Below are positions 11,534-23,325 of a stretch of 24,000 nt of DNA, in pieces. The stretch comes from Infirmifilum uzonense (lineage in GTDB: Archaea; Thermoproteota; Thermoprotei; Thermofilales; Thermofilaceae): assembly GCF_000993805.1 (NCBI RefSeq), contig NZ_CP009961.1, positions 1 to 24,000 of the forward strand. The letters run 5' to 3'. The stretch's first letter is position 1. Each line of letters opens with the position of its first letter. The notes beneath the pieces are model-generated. The model was not told the origin of the DNA. It did not search any database and saw only the letters and a program-made list of their open reading frames with translations. Both the position numbers and the translations under genes were made by a program.

Positions 11534-13042
11534 TTAAGGTCGCGTTTTCAGAGATAAAAATTCGAGTAGTTTCTCCCTATGCACCCTTTCTTGTTGTCTG
11601 GTGTCTCTGTATCTGACTGTGACTGTACCATCTTCCAGGCTCTGACCGTCAACTGTGATGCAGTAGGGGACTCCGACCTCATCAGCTTTTGCATAACGTT
11701 TCCCAATGCTTCCATCCTCGTCATAATAAACTCTGATGTGTTCGCGAAGTTCCTCATAGATCTCTCTTGCCAGGACATCAATATTGTCTCGCTTGACAAG
11801 AGGAAATATAGCAGCCTTGAACGGTGCTATTGAAGGTTTTATTTTTAAATATACTCGTTTTTCCTCCTTAACATAGGCTTCGGTCAACAGGGCTAGAATT
11901 ACTCTTTCCAAGCCGAAAGACGGCTCTATCACATAAGGAATAACTTTTTCATCTCCGTCGACTATGTGGAGAGATTCCCCACTAAATTCCTGGTGCCTTC
12001 TCAGGTCGTAGTCCCCTCTATTTGAAATACCCTCAATCTCCTTCCAGCCCATGAAGGGGAAGTAATACTCAATGTCAAATGTCTGGACTGCATAGTGTGC
12101 GAGCTCTGTTTTCACGTGTTCTCGTACACGCAGGTTGTCAGGTGAAAGGCCTATACGCCAAAGCCATTTGAGGGACTCTGCTATCCAATACGCGTGCCAC
12201 TTAGAGCCTATAAGACCGTTCTGGACTGCATCACCTATCGTGATCTTTTTAGCTGAATCTGTACCTTTCTCTTGATCCTCAGCGGTTAAGAGGTTAATCT
12301 TGAGATGTCGTATCGAGTCAAAATATGGGCATTCATCGAGTTTCCTTGGATTTACAAAGTATTCAATCTCCATCTGAATGAATTCTCGTAGCCTGAAAAG
12401 AAAGTTTCTCGGAGAGATCTCGTTCCTGAAAGCCTTTCCATATTGCGCTATTCCGAATGGAAGCGTAGCCCCCATTGTGAAAACTATATTCTTGAAATTA
12501 ACGAAGATAAGCTGGGCTGTCTCTGGCCTTAGATAAACCGTGAAAGGGGGGTCCTTTTTCGGACCGAGTGCTGTTGCAAACATCAGGTTGAAAGTTCGAG
12601 GATCTGTGAGTTCGCCTCCGCATAAGGGGCATCTGATATTGTTCTCATGAATCAATTTCTTTAGGCTCTCAATTGAATAATCAACTACCTTAATTCCCAG
12701 ATCCTCTAACAAATGATCGGCTCGGTACTCGGCTCCACACCTCTTACAAGTAACGATGTAGTCTATGAAGCTCTCAACGTGACCGCTAGCCTCCCACGTC
12801 CTTGGATGAGTTATTATGCTGCCATATATGCCATAGATGTCTTCTCTTTTTTCGACAAAAAACCACCACCAATCGTTTAGGATATTTCTCATTAGGTCTA
12901 CTCCTAACGGTCCATAATCGTAAAAGCCGCTTAGCCCTCCATATATCTTCCCTGTAGGATAAAAGAAGCCACGTCTTACACATAGCTCAGTGAGCTCATC
13001 TAATGAAACTGCTCTGGGATTCCTGTCTCCCTCAGCGTTCAT
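11534..13042 (-). CDS. glyS: Glycine--tRNA ligase (class II, archaeal/eukaryotic type)
   Basis: The 502-aa ORF contains GLSGFYDYGPLG, YLRPETAQ and EPSFGLERV motifs plus an anticodon-binding C-terminus. A TATA-like CTTAAATACA lies about 30-38 nt upstream of the ATG. Confidence 0.93.
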   Translation of the reverse strand: MNAEGDRNPRAVSLDELTELCVRRGFFYPTGKIYGGLSGFYDYGPLGVDLMRNILNDWWWFFVEKREDIYGIYGSIITHPRTWEASGHVESFIDYIVTCKRCGAEYRADHLLEDLGIKVVDYSIESLKKLIHENNIRCPLCGGELTDPRTFNLMFATALGPKKDPPFTVYLRPETAQLIFVNFKNIVFTMGATLPFGIAQYGKAFRNEISPRNFLFRLREFIQMEIEYFVNPRKLDECPYFDSIRHLKINLLTAEDQEKGTDSAKKITIGDAVQNGLIGSKWHAYWIAESLKWLWRIGLSPDNLRVREHVKTELAHYAVQTFDIEYYFPFMGWKEIEGISNRGDYDLRRHQEFSGESLHIVDGDEKVIPYVIEPSFGLERVILALLTEAYVKEEKRVYLKIKPSIAPFKAAIFPLVKRDNIDVLAREIYEELREHIRVYYDEDGSIGKRYAKADEVGVPYCITVDGQSLEDGTVTVRYRDTRQQERVHREKLLEFLSLKTRP

Positions 13043-13164
13043 CCCCGATCCGGAATAGCTTCAAAGAGACATGTATTTAAGCTTCTGGTTTCACTGTTGG
13101 TAAGTTCTCTAATTTAAGAACAGCCTCTTTTCAGGGTAAGAGTCTCAAGGGCAGTCCTAACGAA

Positions 13165-13176
13165 ATGTTTAAAAAC
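13165..13176 (+). promoter_or_regulatory. TATA-like element of the rpoH-rpoB-rpoA operon
   Basis: ATGTTTAAAAAC lies about 45-55 nt before ATG 13220. An SD-like GTGAGGT sits at 13208-13214. Confidence 0.4.
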
Positions 13177-13219
13177 AGGACTCTTAACGCTATCAACTAG
13201 TCTAAAAGTGAGGTTGATT

Positions 13220-13462
13220 ATGCCTCGTAAACTTAATGTTCTTGAGCATGAGCTTGTACCGAAGTCTGTTTTACTTTCACGTGACGAAGCGAAGCGTATA
13301 CTCAAAATAATGGGTTTAAAAAAGACAGAGTTGCCCTGGATTTTCTCAACGGATCCTGTGGCAAAGGCCTTGGGCGCTAAGCCCGGCGACGTTATTATGT
13401 TTATAAGGCAAAGCCCAACCGCTGGAGAGTCGGTGGCATTTCGTCTTGTAGTGCCAGGGTGA
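13220..13462 (+). CDS. rpoH: DNA-directed RNA polymerase subunit H (Rpo5/Rpb5 C-terminal domain homolog)
   Basis: MPRKLNVLEHELVPKSVLLS...GDVIMFIRQSPTAGESVAFRLVV was read from the ORF. ATG 13220 with an upstream SD is preferred over GTG 13208. The gene sits immediately upstream of rpoB. Confidence 0.92.
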   Translation: MPRKLNVLEHELVPKSVLLSRDEAKRILKIMGLKKTELPWIFSTDPVAKALGAKPGDVIMFIRQSPTAGESVAFRLVVPG

Positions 13463-16400
13463 TGTCTATGGAGAGCAAGGTATTAACTAGAGAGGATCGC
13501 TGGGAGGTTGTCAAAGCATATGTCAAGGAATTAGGTCTTGTGAGACAACACCTGGACTCTTTCAACATACTCCTAGAAAAAGGATTACAGGAAATCGTGG
13601 ATGAGATTGGTGGTATAAAACTGGAGGCTCATGGTGTTGAGATAAAGTTTGGTAGGATAGAGGTGGGGGAACCAATATTCAAGGAGGCTGACGGCTCTGA
13701 GATCACTCTAACCCCGATGATAGCACGTCTGCGAAATATCACTTATGCTGCTCCCGTCTACCTAAACATGACACTATATGTGGACGGTGAAGAAAGAAAA
13801 ACCGAGAGAGTCTTCATAGGAATGCTGCCTATAATGGTTAGAAGCAACAAGTGTATTCTATCCCGCATAAGCTCAGAAGAGGATCTAATAAAACTAGGAG
13901 AGGATCCCTACGACCCTGGCGGCTATTTCATAGTTAACGGCTCTGAAAGAGTAGTAGTAATGCAGGAGGATCTATCGGTAAACAGGGTTCTGGTCGACTA
14001 CGGCGGTACAGGGACGTCTGTAACTCACACAGCGAAGGTTTTCTCGGTGGCGGCGGGATACAAGGTACCCATTACCGTGGAGAGAATGAAGGACGGAATG
14101 ATTTACATAAGTTTTCCACATGTACCTCAGAGAATTCCCGTTGTTGTTGTTCTAAGAGCATTAGGGCTCCAGAAGGATAGAGACATTGTCTATGCGATTA
14201 GCAATAATCCTGAAATACAGCAAGAGTTCTTTCCAATCCTTCTTGAACAATCAAAGATTGCATCAACAGTAGAGGACGCGCTAGACTATATTGGTTCAAG
14301 AGTAGCCACAGGACAACCACGGAACGTTAGAATCGAGAGAGCTGAACAGATTTTAGACGAAAACTTTCTACCTCACGTTGGTCGAACAAAGTCTGCAAGA
14401 TTGGCAAAAGCTTATTTCGTAGGACAGATGGTAGCCCGGCTACTAGAGCTAAAGATAGGGCTTCGCGGACCCGATGACAAGGATCACCTTGCGAACAAGA
14501 GATTAAGACATGCCGGGGAGCTTATAGGGCAGGTATTCAGGGTAGCCTTTAAGCAGCTAGTTCGAGAGATGACATACACGCTGGAGCGTCACATGACAAA
14601 AGGACGGGATATCAACATAATCAGTATAGTTAGACCTGACATTATAACCGATAAACTGCGTCATGCTCTTGCCACTGGAAACTGGGTGGGTGGAAGAACA
14701 GGAGTAAGCCAGATACTCGATAGGACAAACTACCTCTCTACACTATCTCATCTTAGAAGGGTTGTTTCTCCTCTCTCAAGAACTCAGCCTCACTTTGAAG
14801 CGCGAGAATTACACGCTACACAATGGGGGAGGCTTTGCCCAGTTGAAAGCCCTGAAGGACAGAACTGTGGCCTAGTTAAGAACCTGGCTTTGCTCGCAAC
14901 CCTTTCCAACGGGTATAATGAGAGGGAAATCTATGAGTTACTCGTAACTCGCCTCAACGTTATACCCCTAGAGAGGAGTGTTGGTTTAAACGTGTCGGGA
15001 GCCCGGGTTTATCTCAACGGTAGGCTTATAGGATTTGTAGAGGACGGTGACGTTCTAGTCTCAACCATAAGAAGTTTGCGGAGACAGGGTAGGATTAGCC
15101 ATGAGGTTAACGTAGCGATATACAAACAAGGACGCATCGAGGAAGTTTACGTGAATTGTGATGCTGGGAGATTGCGAAGACCCTTGATAATTGTCGAGAA
15201 TGCCCAACCGAAGCTAAAGCCATCGCATATCAAGATGATACGCGAGGGGGCATGGACATGGAGCGACTTAATTCAGAACGGTATTATAGAGTACTTGGAT
15301 GCTGAGGAAGAGGAAAACGCGCTTATAGCTGACTCCCCAGAAAAACTGACTCCGAAGCACACACACCTCGAAATAGTTCCTTCTGCTATCCTAGGCGTAA
15401 TAGCGATGACCATACCCTTCATCGAGTACAATCAATCTCCCCGAAACTCTTACCAAGCAGCTATGGCTAAGCAGTCACTAGGAATACCGACTCTCAACTT
15501 CAAGCTTAGAATGGATCCCCGAATGCATATTATGTATTATCCACAGAAGCCATTAGTTAAGACTAGGATTTTTGACCTTCTCCCTATAGACTCTCTGCCC
15601 TATGGAACAAACATGGTTGTGGCTGTATTGACAGGCGGCGGTTATAACATACAGGACGCGGTCATAATCAATAAAGCCTCCATTGAGCGGGGAATGACGA
15701 GATCAGTCTTCTTACGAACCTACGAGGCCGAGGAGCGCAGGTATCCAGGCGGCATGGAAGACAAATTCGAAAAGCCGAGGCCTGAGGAGGAGCTCCTGGA
15801 TCTTAAACCAATAGAAGCTTATGAAGCACTCGACGAGGTCGATGGAATAGCACACGTAGAGAGCGAATTAAAAGGAGGACAAGTAGTAATAGGGCGTACC
15901 AGTCCCCCCAGGTTCTATACTGGGACCTACGAACCTAGAACGATTTCTAGGAGAAAGGATACTTCGATAATTCTCAGGCACGGCGAGCGCGGCATAGTGG
16001 ACAAAGTAGTACTTGTGGAGAGCCCAGAAGGTGTAAAGCTCGTAAAGGTTAGAGTCAGGGATCTGAGACCCACAGAGGTTGGGGACAAGTTTGCGTCGAG
16101 ACATGGTCAGAAAGGCGTTGTCGGGCTTCTAGTCCCTCAGGAAGACATGCCATTCACGGAAGAGGGAATAACACCTGACCTAATCATCAACCCTCACGCG
16201 ATACCTTCCAGAATGACTGTTGGACAACTCCTCGAGGCTATAACAGGCAAGGTCGCAGCTCTCTCAGGAAAACGCATAGATGCTACGGCTTTCGAGGCTC
16301 CTAGCGTAGACGACATTAGGGAATTGCTTAGAAGCTATGGATTTAGGAGCGATGGCAGAGAGGTTCTTTATAATGGGATAACAGGCGAAAAGCTTGAAGC

Positions 16401-16827
16401 CGAGATATTTATAGGAGTTGTCTTTTACGAAAAGCTACACCACCTTGTTGCGGACAAGATGCACGCTAGGGCGCGTGGCAGAGTGCAGATACTCACCAGG
16501 CAGCCAACAGAGGGAAGAGCTAGAGAAGGAGGACTAAGGTTTGGTGAGATGGAGAAAGATTGTCTCGTAGGGCACGGTGCAGCTCTCCTACTGCGCGAGA
16601 GGCTCCTAGAAAGCTCCGATAAAACCACAATCTGGGTTTGCGAGAACTGCGGCTACACCGGATGGTTTGATGCCAAGAAAAATATTCCCGTATGCCCTGT
16701 ATGTGGCGAAGAGAAGGGAAAGCTTCATCCAGTCGAAGTCTCCTACGCCTTCAAATTGCTTTTACAGGAACTTACTGGCCTAGGAATATCTGTCAAGCTA
16801 CTGTTAAAAGACAAGATTTCGATATGA
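13462..16827 (+). CDS. rpoB: DNA-directed RNA polymerase subunit B (unsplit)
   Basis: The ORF is about 1121 aa. It contains [45 protein letters not shown] and a C-terminal zinc ribbon CENCG...CPVCG. The start ATG overlaps the rpoH stop (GTGATG). Confidence 0.97.
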   Translation: MSMESKVLTREDRWEVVKAYVKELGLVRQHLDSFNILLEKGLQEIVDEIGGIKLEAHGVEIKFGRIEVGEPIFKEADGSEITLTPMIARLRNITYAAPVYLNMTLYVDGEERKTERVFIGMLPIMVRSNKCILSRISSEEDLIKLGEDPYDPGGYFIVNGSERVVVMQEDLSVNRVLVDYGGTGTSVTHTAKVFSVAAGYKVPITVERMKDGMIYISFPHVPQRIPVVVVLRALGLQKDRDIVYAISNNPEIQQEFFPILLEQSKIASTVEDALDYIGSRVATGQPRNVRIERAEQILDENFLPHVGRTKSARLAKAYFVGQMVARLLELKIGLRGPDDKDHLANKRLRHAGELIGQVFRVAFKQLVREMTYTLERHMTKGRDINIISIVRPDIITDKLRHALATGNWVGGRTGVSQILDRTNYLSTLSHLRRVVSPLSRTQPHFEARELHATQWGRLCPVESPEGQNCGLVKNLALLATLSNGYNEREIYELLVTRLNVIPLERSVGLNVSGARVYLNGRLIGFVEDGDVLVSTIRSLRRQGRISHEVNVAIYKQGRIEEVYVNCDAGRLRRPLIIVENAQPKLKPSHIKMIREGAWTWSDLIQNGIIEYLDAEEEENALIADSPEKLTPKHTHLEIVPSAILGVIAMTIPFIEYNQSPRNSYQAAMAKQSLGIPTLNFKLRMDPRMHIMYYPQKPLVKTRIFDLLPIDSLPYGTNMVVAVLTGGGYNIQDAVIINKASIERGMTRSVFLRTYEAEERRYPGGMEDKFEKPRPEEELLDLKPIEAYEALDEVDGIAHVESELKGGQVVIGRTSPPRFYTGTYEPRTISRRKDTSIILRHGERGIVDKVVLVESPEGVKLVKVRVRDLRPTEVGDKFASRHGQKGVVGLLVPQEDMPFTEEGITPDLIINPHAIPSRMTVGQLLEAITGKVAALSGKRIDATAFEAPSVDDIRELLRSYGFRSDGREVLYNGITGEKLEAEIFIGVVFYEKLHHLVADKMHARARGRVQILTRQPTEGRAREGGLRFGEMEKDCLVGHGAALLLRERLLESSDKTTIWVCENCGYTGWFDAKKNIPVCPVCGEEKGKLHPVEVSYAFKLLLQELTGLGISVKLLLKDKISI

Positions 16828-16837
16828 GGTGGTTCAC

Positions 16838-19492
16838 ATGAGTAATTCGCATAAAATTGTTGCTGGTGTTAAGTTCGGAATTCTATCACCTGACCTTATC
16901 AGGAAAATCTCGGTAATGCGTGTTGAGACCTCCGAGCTTTATGACGAGGAGGGACTACCGATACCTGGAGGCTTAATGGATCGTAGGCTTGGATCGATCG
17001 AACCAGGCACTACGTGTCAGACATGCGGTAATAGAGCTGTAAACTGCCCAGGCCACTTCGGATACATCGAACTGGCCAGACCTGTTATTCACCCCGAGTT
17101 CTCACCATATATCGCTAACCTCCTTAAGGCTACTTGTAGATACTGTGGAAGAGTAAAGCTACCGCAGGATAGGATCGAGACATGGAAGAAAAGAATAAAC
17201 GCGGTGGCGAAACACTGGCCTCCGCTTAAATACAAATATGCACAAGCGATTATTAAGGAAGCTTCAAAGGTTCAAAAATGCCCCCATTGCGGTAGTCCTC
17301 AATACAAGATTAAGCTTGAGAAACCTTATACTTTTTATGAGGAGCGAGAAGGCGGGCTTATAAAACTTACACCTCTAGAGATCCGCGAAAGACTCGAGAG
17401 AATCCCAGACCAAGACCTTGAACTTCTAGGGTTGGATCCTAAAGAGGCCCGGCCTGAATGGATGGTTCTAAGAGTGCTTCCCGTTGTGCCTCCAAGCGTG
17501 AGGCCGTCTATCACGCTGGAGTCAGGTGACAGGAGCGAGGATGACCTCACCCATAAGTTAGTGGATATTGTACGAGTGAATCAGAGACTAAAAGAGAGTA
17601 TAGAGGCTGGATCGCCGCCGCTAATAATAGAGGACCTATGGGGATTGCTTCAATATCATGTAGCCACATATTTCAATAATGAGCTCCCAGGGGTTCCTGC
17701 AGCGAAGCATAGATCAGGCAGACCCTTAAGGACACTTGCGCAACGTCTAAAGGGTAAAGAGGGTAGATTTAGAGGTAGCTTAGCTGGAAAAAGAGTGGAT
17801 TTCTCGGCACGAACGGTTGTGTCCCCGGACCCCAACCTGAGTATAAATGAGGTGGGCGTACCCGAGGACGTAGCTAAAGTATTAACAGTACCAGAAAAAG
17901 TGACCAGTTGGAACATAGAGAAACTACGAAGGCTCGTAATTAACGGGCCTGAAAAATGGCCTGGCGCAAATTATATCATAAGGCCTGATGGCTCGCGCAT
18001 AGATCTTAGATACGTAAAGCATCGTGAAGAAGTCGCTCAAACCTTGAAGCCCGGGTTTATAGTTGAGAGACATCTCCAGGATGGGGATGTAGTTCTCTTC
18101 AATAGGCAACCTTCACTTCATCGTATGTCTATAATGGCTCACATAGTCAAAGTATTGCCTTACAAGTCATTCAGGCTGAACCTCCTAGTCACGATACCCT
18201 ATAATGCTGACTTTGACGGAGACGAGATGAACCTCCATGTGCCTCAAAACGAGGAAGCACGGGCCGAGGCAAGAACATTGATGCTGGTCCAGGAGCATAT
18301 AATGACTCCCAGGTATGGGGCACCCATCATTGGAGCAATCCACGATTATATAACGGGTGCGTACCTGTTAACCAGAAAGGATTCACTTTTTGACAAGCAT
18401 AAAGCCACAACTCTGCTGTATAATGCAAATTACAAAGGATCACTACCCGAACCTGCCATTCTAAAACCAGGCCCCTACTGGACTGGGAAACAGCTAGTCA
18501 GCGTTTTCTTGCCCCCAGACATGGACTACGTGGGCAGGGCTGCCGTAGCGCCATCTTCCGGGAAATGTGACCAGGAGTTTTGTGAAAATGACGGCTATAT
18601 CCTCATAAAGAACGGAAAACTCTTACTGGGCGTCTTCGATAAGCAGGCTATAGGTGCAGAAAAACACGGCACCGTACTCCATGAGATAATAAGGGAGTAT
18701 GGCGTCGGGAAGGCTAAGGAAATCATGGACGGGTTATACAAGATGTTTATCATTTACCTCGATATGCATGGCTTCACGATGGGTGTTGACAGTATCGAGA
18801 TCCCGGATGAGGCGCAGAGGGACATTGAGAAGGTTTTACGTGAAGCGGAACAAAGGGTCATGGAGCTTATAGAGCAATATAAGCGGGGCGAGCTACAGCC
18901 AATGCCAGGAAAAACGAGGAAAGAAACGTTGGAAGATCTAATAATGAACGTTCTAGCGGAGGCACGTAGCCGGGCGGGAGAAATAGCTGGAGCGTATCTC
19001 GGTCTAATGAATCACGCGGTCATAATGGCCAGGACGGGGGCTAGAGGTAGCATGCTGAACCTGACGCAAATGGCTGCCACCGTGGGACAACAGTCTGTTA
19101 GAGGGAAGAGGATCGAGCGTGGCTTCACCGAGCGAACACTGTCACATTTCGATAAAGGAGAGCTTTCCCCTGCCTCGAAAGGATTTGTTTACAGCAGCTT
19201 CCGTCGAGGCCTATCTCCCGTGGAGTTCTTCTTCCATGCTATATCCGGAAGAGAGGGACTTGTAGACACTGCTGTACGCACTGCTCAGAGCGGTTACATG
19301 TATAGGCGTTTACAAAGCGCCATTCAAGACTTTTACGTGGCATATGACGGGACGGTTCGCAACAGTGAAGGGATGATAATACAATTCCGCTACGGTGAAG
19401 ACGGTGTTGATCCCGCGAGAAGTGATCACGGTAAACCCGTTGATGTCGAAAAATTGGTTAAGAAGATTATCGCTTTGAGAGGTGAAGCATGA
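16838..19492 (+). CDS. rpoA1: DNA-directed RNA polymerase subunit A'
   Basis: It has N-terminal zinc motifs (CQTCG...CPGHFG) and the catalytic [15 protein letters not shown] motif. ATG 16838 follows GAGGTGG. Confidence 0.97.
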   Translation: MSNSHKIVAGVKFGILSPDLIRKISVMRVETSELYDEEGLPIPGGLMDRRLGSIEPGTTCQTCGNRAVNCPGHFGYIELARPVIHPEFSPYIANLLKATCRYCGRVKLPQDRIETWKKRINAVAKHWPPLKYKYAQAIIKEASKVQKCPHCGSPQYKIKLEKPYTFYEEREGGLIKLTPLEIRERLERIPDQDLELLGLDPKEARPEWMVLRVLPVVPPSVRPSITLESGDRSEDDLTHKLVDIVRVNQRLKESIEAGSPPLIIEDLWGLLQYHVATYFNNELPGVPAAKHRSGRPLRTLAQRLKGKEGRFRGSLAGKRVDFSARTVVSPDPNLSINEVGVPEDVAKVLTVPEKVTSWNIEKLRRLVINGPEKWPGANYIIRPDGSRIDLRYVKHREEVAQTLKPGFIVERHLQDGDVVLFNRQPSLHRMSIMAHIVKVLPYKSFRLNLLVTIPYNADFDGDEMNLHVPQNEEARAEARTLMLVQEHIMTPRYGAPIIGAIHDYITGAYLLTRKDSLFDKHKATTLLYNANYKGSLPEPAILKPGPYWTGKQLVSVFLPPDMDYVGRAAVAPSSGKCDQEFCENDGYILIKNGKLLLGVFDKQAIGAEKHGTVLHEIIREYGVGKAKEIMDGLYKMFIIYLDMHGFTMGVDSIEIPDEAQRDIEKVLREAEQRVMELIEQYKRGELQPMPGKTRKETLEDLIMNVLAEARSRAGEIAGAYLGLMNHAVIMARTGARGSMLNLTQMAATVGQQSVRGKRIERGFTERTLSHFDKGELSPASKGFVYSSFRRGLSPVEFFFHAISGREGLVDTAVRTAQSGYMYRRLQSAIQDFYVAYDGTVRNSEGMIIQFRYGEDGVDPARSDHGKPVDVEKLVKKIIALRGEA

Positions 19493-20706
19493 TGAGAGAA
19501 CCCATAAGTCCAGAAGAGTTATGGAGCGAGATTGAGAAATACCACGACATGTTGCCGCTTTCACTAAGGAGGGAATTATACGAAAAGATACTCGAGTACA
19601 AGCTTACTCGAGGTGAAGCTCTTCAAGTATTGGAGGAGGCCGTACGCAGATATCTGTCAAGCCTTGTAGCTCCAGGAGAAGCAGTCGGAATGGTTGCAGC
19701 TCAGTCTCTTGGCGAGCCTGCAACCCAGATGACGCTCAGAACTTTCCACTTTGCTGGTGTACGCGAGTTAAACGTAACTCTGGGTCTACCAAGACTGATC
19801 GAGATAGTGGATCTTAGAAGAGAGCCTTCAACACCTATGATGGAGATTTACCTGGAACCAGAAATAGCTACGAACGAGCAGGAGGCACTCAGAATAGCCA
19901 GGGAGATAGAACTAACAACAGTCGAGACCTTGAGCAAGAGTATTGTAATGGACTTTTATGAAAAAAGCATCATCCTCGAGTTGGACCCTGAAATGATGGA
20001 GAACCGCGGCGTTACTGTTGATGATATAGTTAAGGCCTTAAACCGGGTTAAGGGTAAGAAAGGAAAAATAGAGGTGTCGGAAGATAACTCCACGATAATA
20101 TTCTACACGGAGCTCGAGGATCTTATCAAGTTTAGGAGAATGTATGACAGGATTCTCGACTTGCGCGTAAAAGGAATTAAAGGCATCAGACATGCAATTG
20201 TGAAACCAATTAGGGACGATAACGGCAATCTAAAGGAATATGTTATTCTAACCGAGGGTAGTAACCTCCAGGCTGTTTTGAATATAGAGGGAGTCGATCC
20301 TCGAAGGACTGTAACCAATAACATCATAGAAATATACGAAGTTTTAGGAATAGAGGCCGCAAGGGCTGCAATTATAAAAGAGATAAAGAAGGTTCTCGAC
20401 GAACACGGATTAGACGTAGATTACAGGCACATCCTCATGGTTGCTGACGCAATGACCTATACAGGGAAAGTTAGGCAGGTGGGTAGGCATGGAGTTGCCG
20501 GCGAGAAAGGAAGTATACTTGCCCGTGCAAGCTTCGAGGTTACGGTTAAGAATTTGATTGAGGCTGCCATGCGAGGCGAGATTGATGAACTCAAAGGGGT
20601 TATAGAAAACGTTATAATAGAGAGTAAACCTATCCCTGTAGGAACAGGCGCTGTAAAGCTTAAAATGAAGTATCAGCGCAGTGTTGGTGAAGGTGAGGGT
20701 AAATGA
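19489..20706 (+). CDS. rpoA2: DNA-directed RNA polymerase subunit A''
   Basis: The trigger-loop region [17 protein letters not shown] is present. The start overlaps the rpoA1 stop (ATGATGA). Confidence 0.96.
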   Translation: MMREPISPEELWSEIEKYHDMLPLSLRRELYEKILEYKLTRGEALQVLEEAVRRYLSSLVAPGEAVGMVAAQSLGEPATQMTLRTFHFAGVRELNVTLGLPRLIEIVDLRREPSTPMMEIYLEPEIATNEQEALRIAREIELTTVETLSKSIVMDFYEKSIILELDPEMMENRGVTVDDIVKALNRVKGKKGKIEVSEDNSTIIFYTELEDLIKFRRMYDRILDLRVKGIKGIRHAIVKPIRDDNGNLKEYVILTEGSNLQAVLNIEGVDPRRTVTNNIIEIYEVLGIEAARAAIIKEIKKVLDEHGLDVDYRHILMVADAMTYTGKVRQVGRHGVAGEKGSILARASFEVTVKNLIEAAMRGEIDELKGVIENVIIESKPIPVGTGAVKLKMKYQRSVGEGEGK

Positions 20707-21017
20707 GTAGTAGTGATCTAATTAGAGAATTACAGACGGTGTTAAAGACAGGAAAAGCTTTCCTAGGATATAGGAGGACAATTAAGGCGATAATCAACGC
20801 TCAGGCAAAACTCGTTATTCTCGCCCGGAACGCGCCCAGTCACATAAGTGAGGAGATAAAGTATTACGCTTCTCTATCGCAAATACCAGTATACGTCTTC
20901 AACGGGAGTAGCAGAGAACTAGGAGCTGCATGCAACAAGCCCTATTTGGTATCAGCTATTGCCATACTTGATCCGGGCGAGAGTAACATCTTAATGTTAA
21001 CACAGGGAGTTACATGA
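20703..21017 (+). CDS. rpl30e: 50S ribosomal protein L30e
   Basis: This is a 104-aa L7Ae/L30e-fold sequence ([16 protein letters not shown]...[10 protein letters not shown]...[10 protein letters not shown]). It occupies the conserved position after rpoA''. Confidence 0.9.
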   Translation: MSSSDLIRELQTVLKTGKAFLGYRRTIKAIINAQAKLVILARNAPSHISEEIKYYASLSQIPVYVFNGSSRELGAACNKPYLVSAIAILDPGESNILMLTQGVT

Positions 21018-21496
21018 GCCTGGCTTCGAGTGGACGCCGACTCGGCAATGAAGAGCTTCAAATGATGGGTCTATTTGAAAACATAACCAAGGTTCCGCCC
21101 AAGGATTGTGTTGTAGACACTCAATACAACCGCTTAATTTTCGTCGTCGATAAGGGTCTTGCGGGTCTCGCTGTAGGAAAAAACGGGTCGAAGATTCGAA
21201 TGCTGAGAGATGTCTTTAAACGTGATGTGGAGGTAGTCGAGGATGGAGAAACTATCGAGGAGCTTGCAAAGAGCACTCTTTACCCTGCAAAAATAGTTCA
21301 GGTTGAGGTTAAGGAGGAGGGTGGCCGAAAAATAGTAGTAGCTCGTGCTGCCCCGGGTCAATTGGGAATAGCGATAGGAAGGCAAGGTAGGAATGCTTAT
21401 AGAGCGAAGCTATTACTCTCAAGATACTTTGGAATAAGCGACCTTCGGGTGGTCGAGTTTAATCCTGGCTTAGCGGAGCCGCGTAATCAACCATAA
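21014..21496 (+). CDS. nusA: Archaeal NusA-like transcription factor (two KH domains)
   Basis: There are two GxxG KH signatures (VGKNGSKI and IGRQGRNA). The gene sits in the conserved position between L30e and S12. Confidence 0.9.
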   Translation: MSLASSGRRLGNEELQMMGLFENITKVPPKDCVVDTQYNRLIFVVDKGLAGLAVGKNGSKIRMLRDVFKRDVEVVEDGETIEELAKSTLYPAKIVQVEVKEEGGRKIVVARAAPGQLGIAIGRQGRNAYRAKLLLSRYFGISDLRVVEFNPGLAEPRNQP

Positions 21497-21563
21497 CTCA
21501 AGTTGGCGTAGCTTTAGACATAAAACTTTTTAAACCTTGAAAAGTGAGAACAAGCTGAAGTTT

Positions 21564-22007
21564 ATGCCTGGCAGTAAGTCTCCAATGGGCATGTTTGCAG
21601 CACGCAAGCTAGAGCTTAAAAGGAAGAAGCTCCGCTGGAGCGATCTGGAGTACAAGCGTAGAATGTTACAGCTTAAGAAGAAGGTCGACCCTCTTGAAGG
21701 TGCGCCAATGGCCCGAGGAATAGTCATCGAGAAGGTTGGCATTGAAAGCCGTCAACCTAACAGCGCTGTACGCAAATGTGTAAGGGTTCAACTCATAAAG
21801 AACGGGAAAGTAGTCACAGCGTTTTTGCCCGGAGACGGCGCCCTCCTATTTATTAACGAACATGACGAGGTAGTAATTGAGGGAATAGGTGGACCGGAAG
21901 GCAGGGCTTATGGTGACCTACCGGGAGTCAGATGGAAGGTTATAAAGGTAAATGGGGTTTCTCTCAAAGAGATTCTACGCGGGCGTAAACAAAAACCAAC
22001 GAGGTAA
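21564..22007 (+). CDS. rps12: 30S ribosomal protein S12
   Basis: [26 protein letters not shown]...AFLPGDG is the S12/S23 signature region. ATG 21564 (147 aa) is preferred over TTG 21537, and a TATA-like CTTTTTAAAC lies about 30-40 nt upstream. Confidence 0.95.
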   Translation: MPGSKSPMGMFAARKLELKRKKLRWSDLEYKRRMLQLKKKVDPLEGAPMARGIVIEKVGIESRQPNSAVRKCVRVQLIKNGKVVTAFLPGDGALLFINEHDEVVIEGIGGPEGRAYGDLPGVRWKVIKVNGVSLKEILRGRKQKPTR

Positions 22008-22011
22008 TTTT

Positions 22012-22917
22012 ATGTCGTCAAAACCCACTCTCCACGTTTTGGAAGGGAAGGATAAATTACTTGTTGTTTCCCTTGAGAACGTCACGCCTGCTTTTGCTAA
22101 TAGTATCAGACGAGCTTTAATATCCGAGGTTCCGACGCTTGCTATAGATGAGGTTATTTTTACCGAGAACACGAGTGGGTTTTGGGACGAGTACATAGCT
22201 CATAGGCTAGGTTTAATCCCCTTTAAAATGAGCGAGGATTTGTACGATGCTCTAAGAGATTGCTACCAGAATCATGGAAATGATTGTCAAGTAGTTTTCT
22301 CTCTTAATGAAGAGGCACTGGAAAGACCAAAAACCGTTTTTAGCGGACATCTTAGGTTTGAGGGAATCGAAGGGATAATCTTCGAGAAAGAGAGAAATGA
22401 GGTAATAGTTGAACCAGTCTCCAAGTATATTCCGATAGTGAAACTCAACAAGGGACAAAAAATAGCTTTAACCGCCATTGCAAGGATGGGTGTCGGCAAG
22501 AATCATGCTAAATGGCAGCCTGTCACGGCTGTGGGGTACAAGTACAAGCCTATTGTTAAGGTCTTAAACCCTGAGGTGCCCGAGGAGAAGGCTAACAATT
22601 TGATAAATATCTGTCCTAGAAGGGTCTTCGGGTATACTCAGGGGCGTATAGTTGTCATAAATGAGAATGCTTGTTCCCTCTGCCGCGAATGTGTTGAAAA
22701 ATATCCCGATATAGTGCGCGTCGAGGGAGATCCATCTAAAATTATACTAACCATAGAGACGCTGGGGGGCCTGCCACCACGTAAACTCCTTGAAGTCGCG
22801 CTTGAAGTGTTAGACGAAAGGCTAAGCGCGCTCCACGACAAGATATCTGACGCCTTAAACGCCTTCCTAGCCCCTGCCCCTCCAGAAGCGCCCTCTGGTG
22901 GCGGGCAAAGTTTTTAA
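22012..22917 (+). CDS. rpoD: DNA-directed RNA polymerase subunit D (Rpo3/Rpb3 homolog) with a Cys-rich ferredoxin-like insert
   Basis: FANSIRRALISEVPTLAIDEV..., GHLRFEG and ICPRRVF...ACSLCRECV (four Cys) are present. ATG 22012 follows GAGGT, which overlaps the S12 stop. The track's extension to 21952 overlaps S12 and is rejected. Confidence 0.93.
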   Translation: MSSKPTLHVLEGKDKLLVVSLENVTPAFANSIRRALISEVPTLAIDEVIFTENTSGFWDEYIAHRLGLIPFKMSEDLYDALRDCYQNHGNDCQVVFSLNEEALERPKTVFSGHLRFEGIEGIIFEKERNEVIVEPVSKYIPIVKLNKGQKIALTAIARMGVGKNHAKWQPVTAVGYKYKPIVKVLNPEVPEEKANNLINICPRRVFGYTQGRIVVINENACSLCRECVEKYPDIVRVEGDPSKIILTIETLGGLPPRKLLEVALEVLDERLSALHDKISDALNAFLAPAPPEAPSGGGQSF

Positions 22918-22948
22918 CCCGTAAAGACATAGAGAGAGGGGTCTAAAT

Positions 22949-23308
22949 ATGCGTCGTACAATGTCTACAAACATTCATCTCAGGAGGCTAATACACTTCT
23001 TAAAGAAACAAAGTAGACAAAACGAGGCGTCGATATGGAGGGACGTTGCAGCATATCTATCAAACCCTCGCCGTAAACGCGTAGAGGTGAATCTAAGTAG
23101 GATAAACAGGAATGCAGATGACGGAGATATCATCGTAGTTCCAGGGAAGGTCTTGGGTAGTGGAGTATTAGAGAAAAAAGTTACCGTTGCAGCATGGAGG
23201 TTCTCTGAGCAAGCCTATCAAAAGATAAAAAGTGTTGGCGAAGCTATTTCTATAGAAGAGCTCTTAGAGCGAAGGCCAGAGGGTAAGAATATTAAGATTA
23301 TCACCTGA
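22949..23308 (+). CDS. rpl18e: 50S ribosomal protein L18e
   Basis: The 119-aa ORF has a basic N-terminus, then ...PRRKRVEVNLSRINR...GDIIVVPGKVLGSG. It sits in the conserved position after rpoD. Confidence 0.9.
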   Translation: MRRTMSTNIHLRRLIHFLKKQSRQNEASIWRDVAAYLSNPRRKRVEVNLSRINRNADDGDIIVVPGKVLGSGVLEKKVTVAAWRFSEQAYQKIKSVGEAISIEELLERRPEGKNIKIIT

Positions 23309-23325
23309 GTCTAGGGGGGATACGT

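Noticed and set aside
11548-12983. Internal ORFs 11548-11799 (-), 11579-11833 (+) and 12786-12983 (-) within glyS
   Set aside because: They are alternative-frame or antisense ORFs inside a well-supported GlyRS gene.
13114-13305. 63-aa minus-strand ORF over the rpoH promoter and 5' end
   Set aside because: It overlaps the rpoH start and the operon TATA box, is antisense, and has no motif.
15868-20327. Minus-strand ORFs inside rpoB, rpoA' and rpoA'' (15868-16104, 16425-16628, 17335-17550, 17656-17916, 17924-18109, 19310-19564 and 20103-20327)
   Set aside because: All are antisense to RNA polymerase subunit genes that carry diagnostic motifs.
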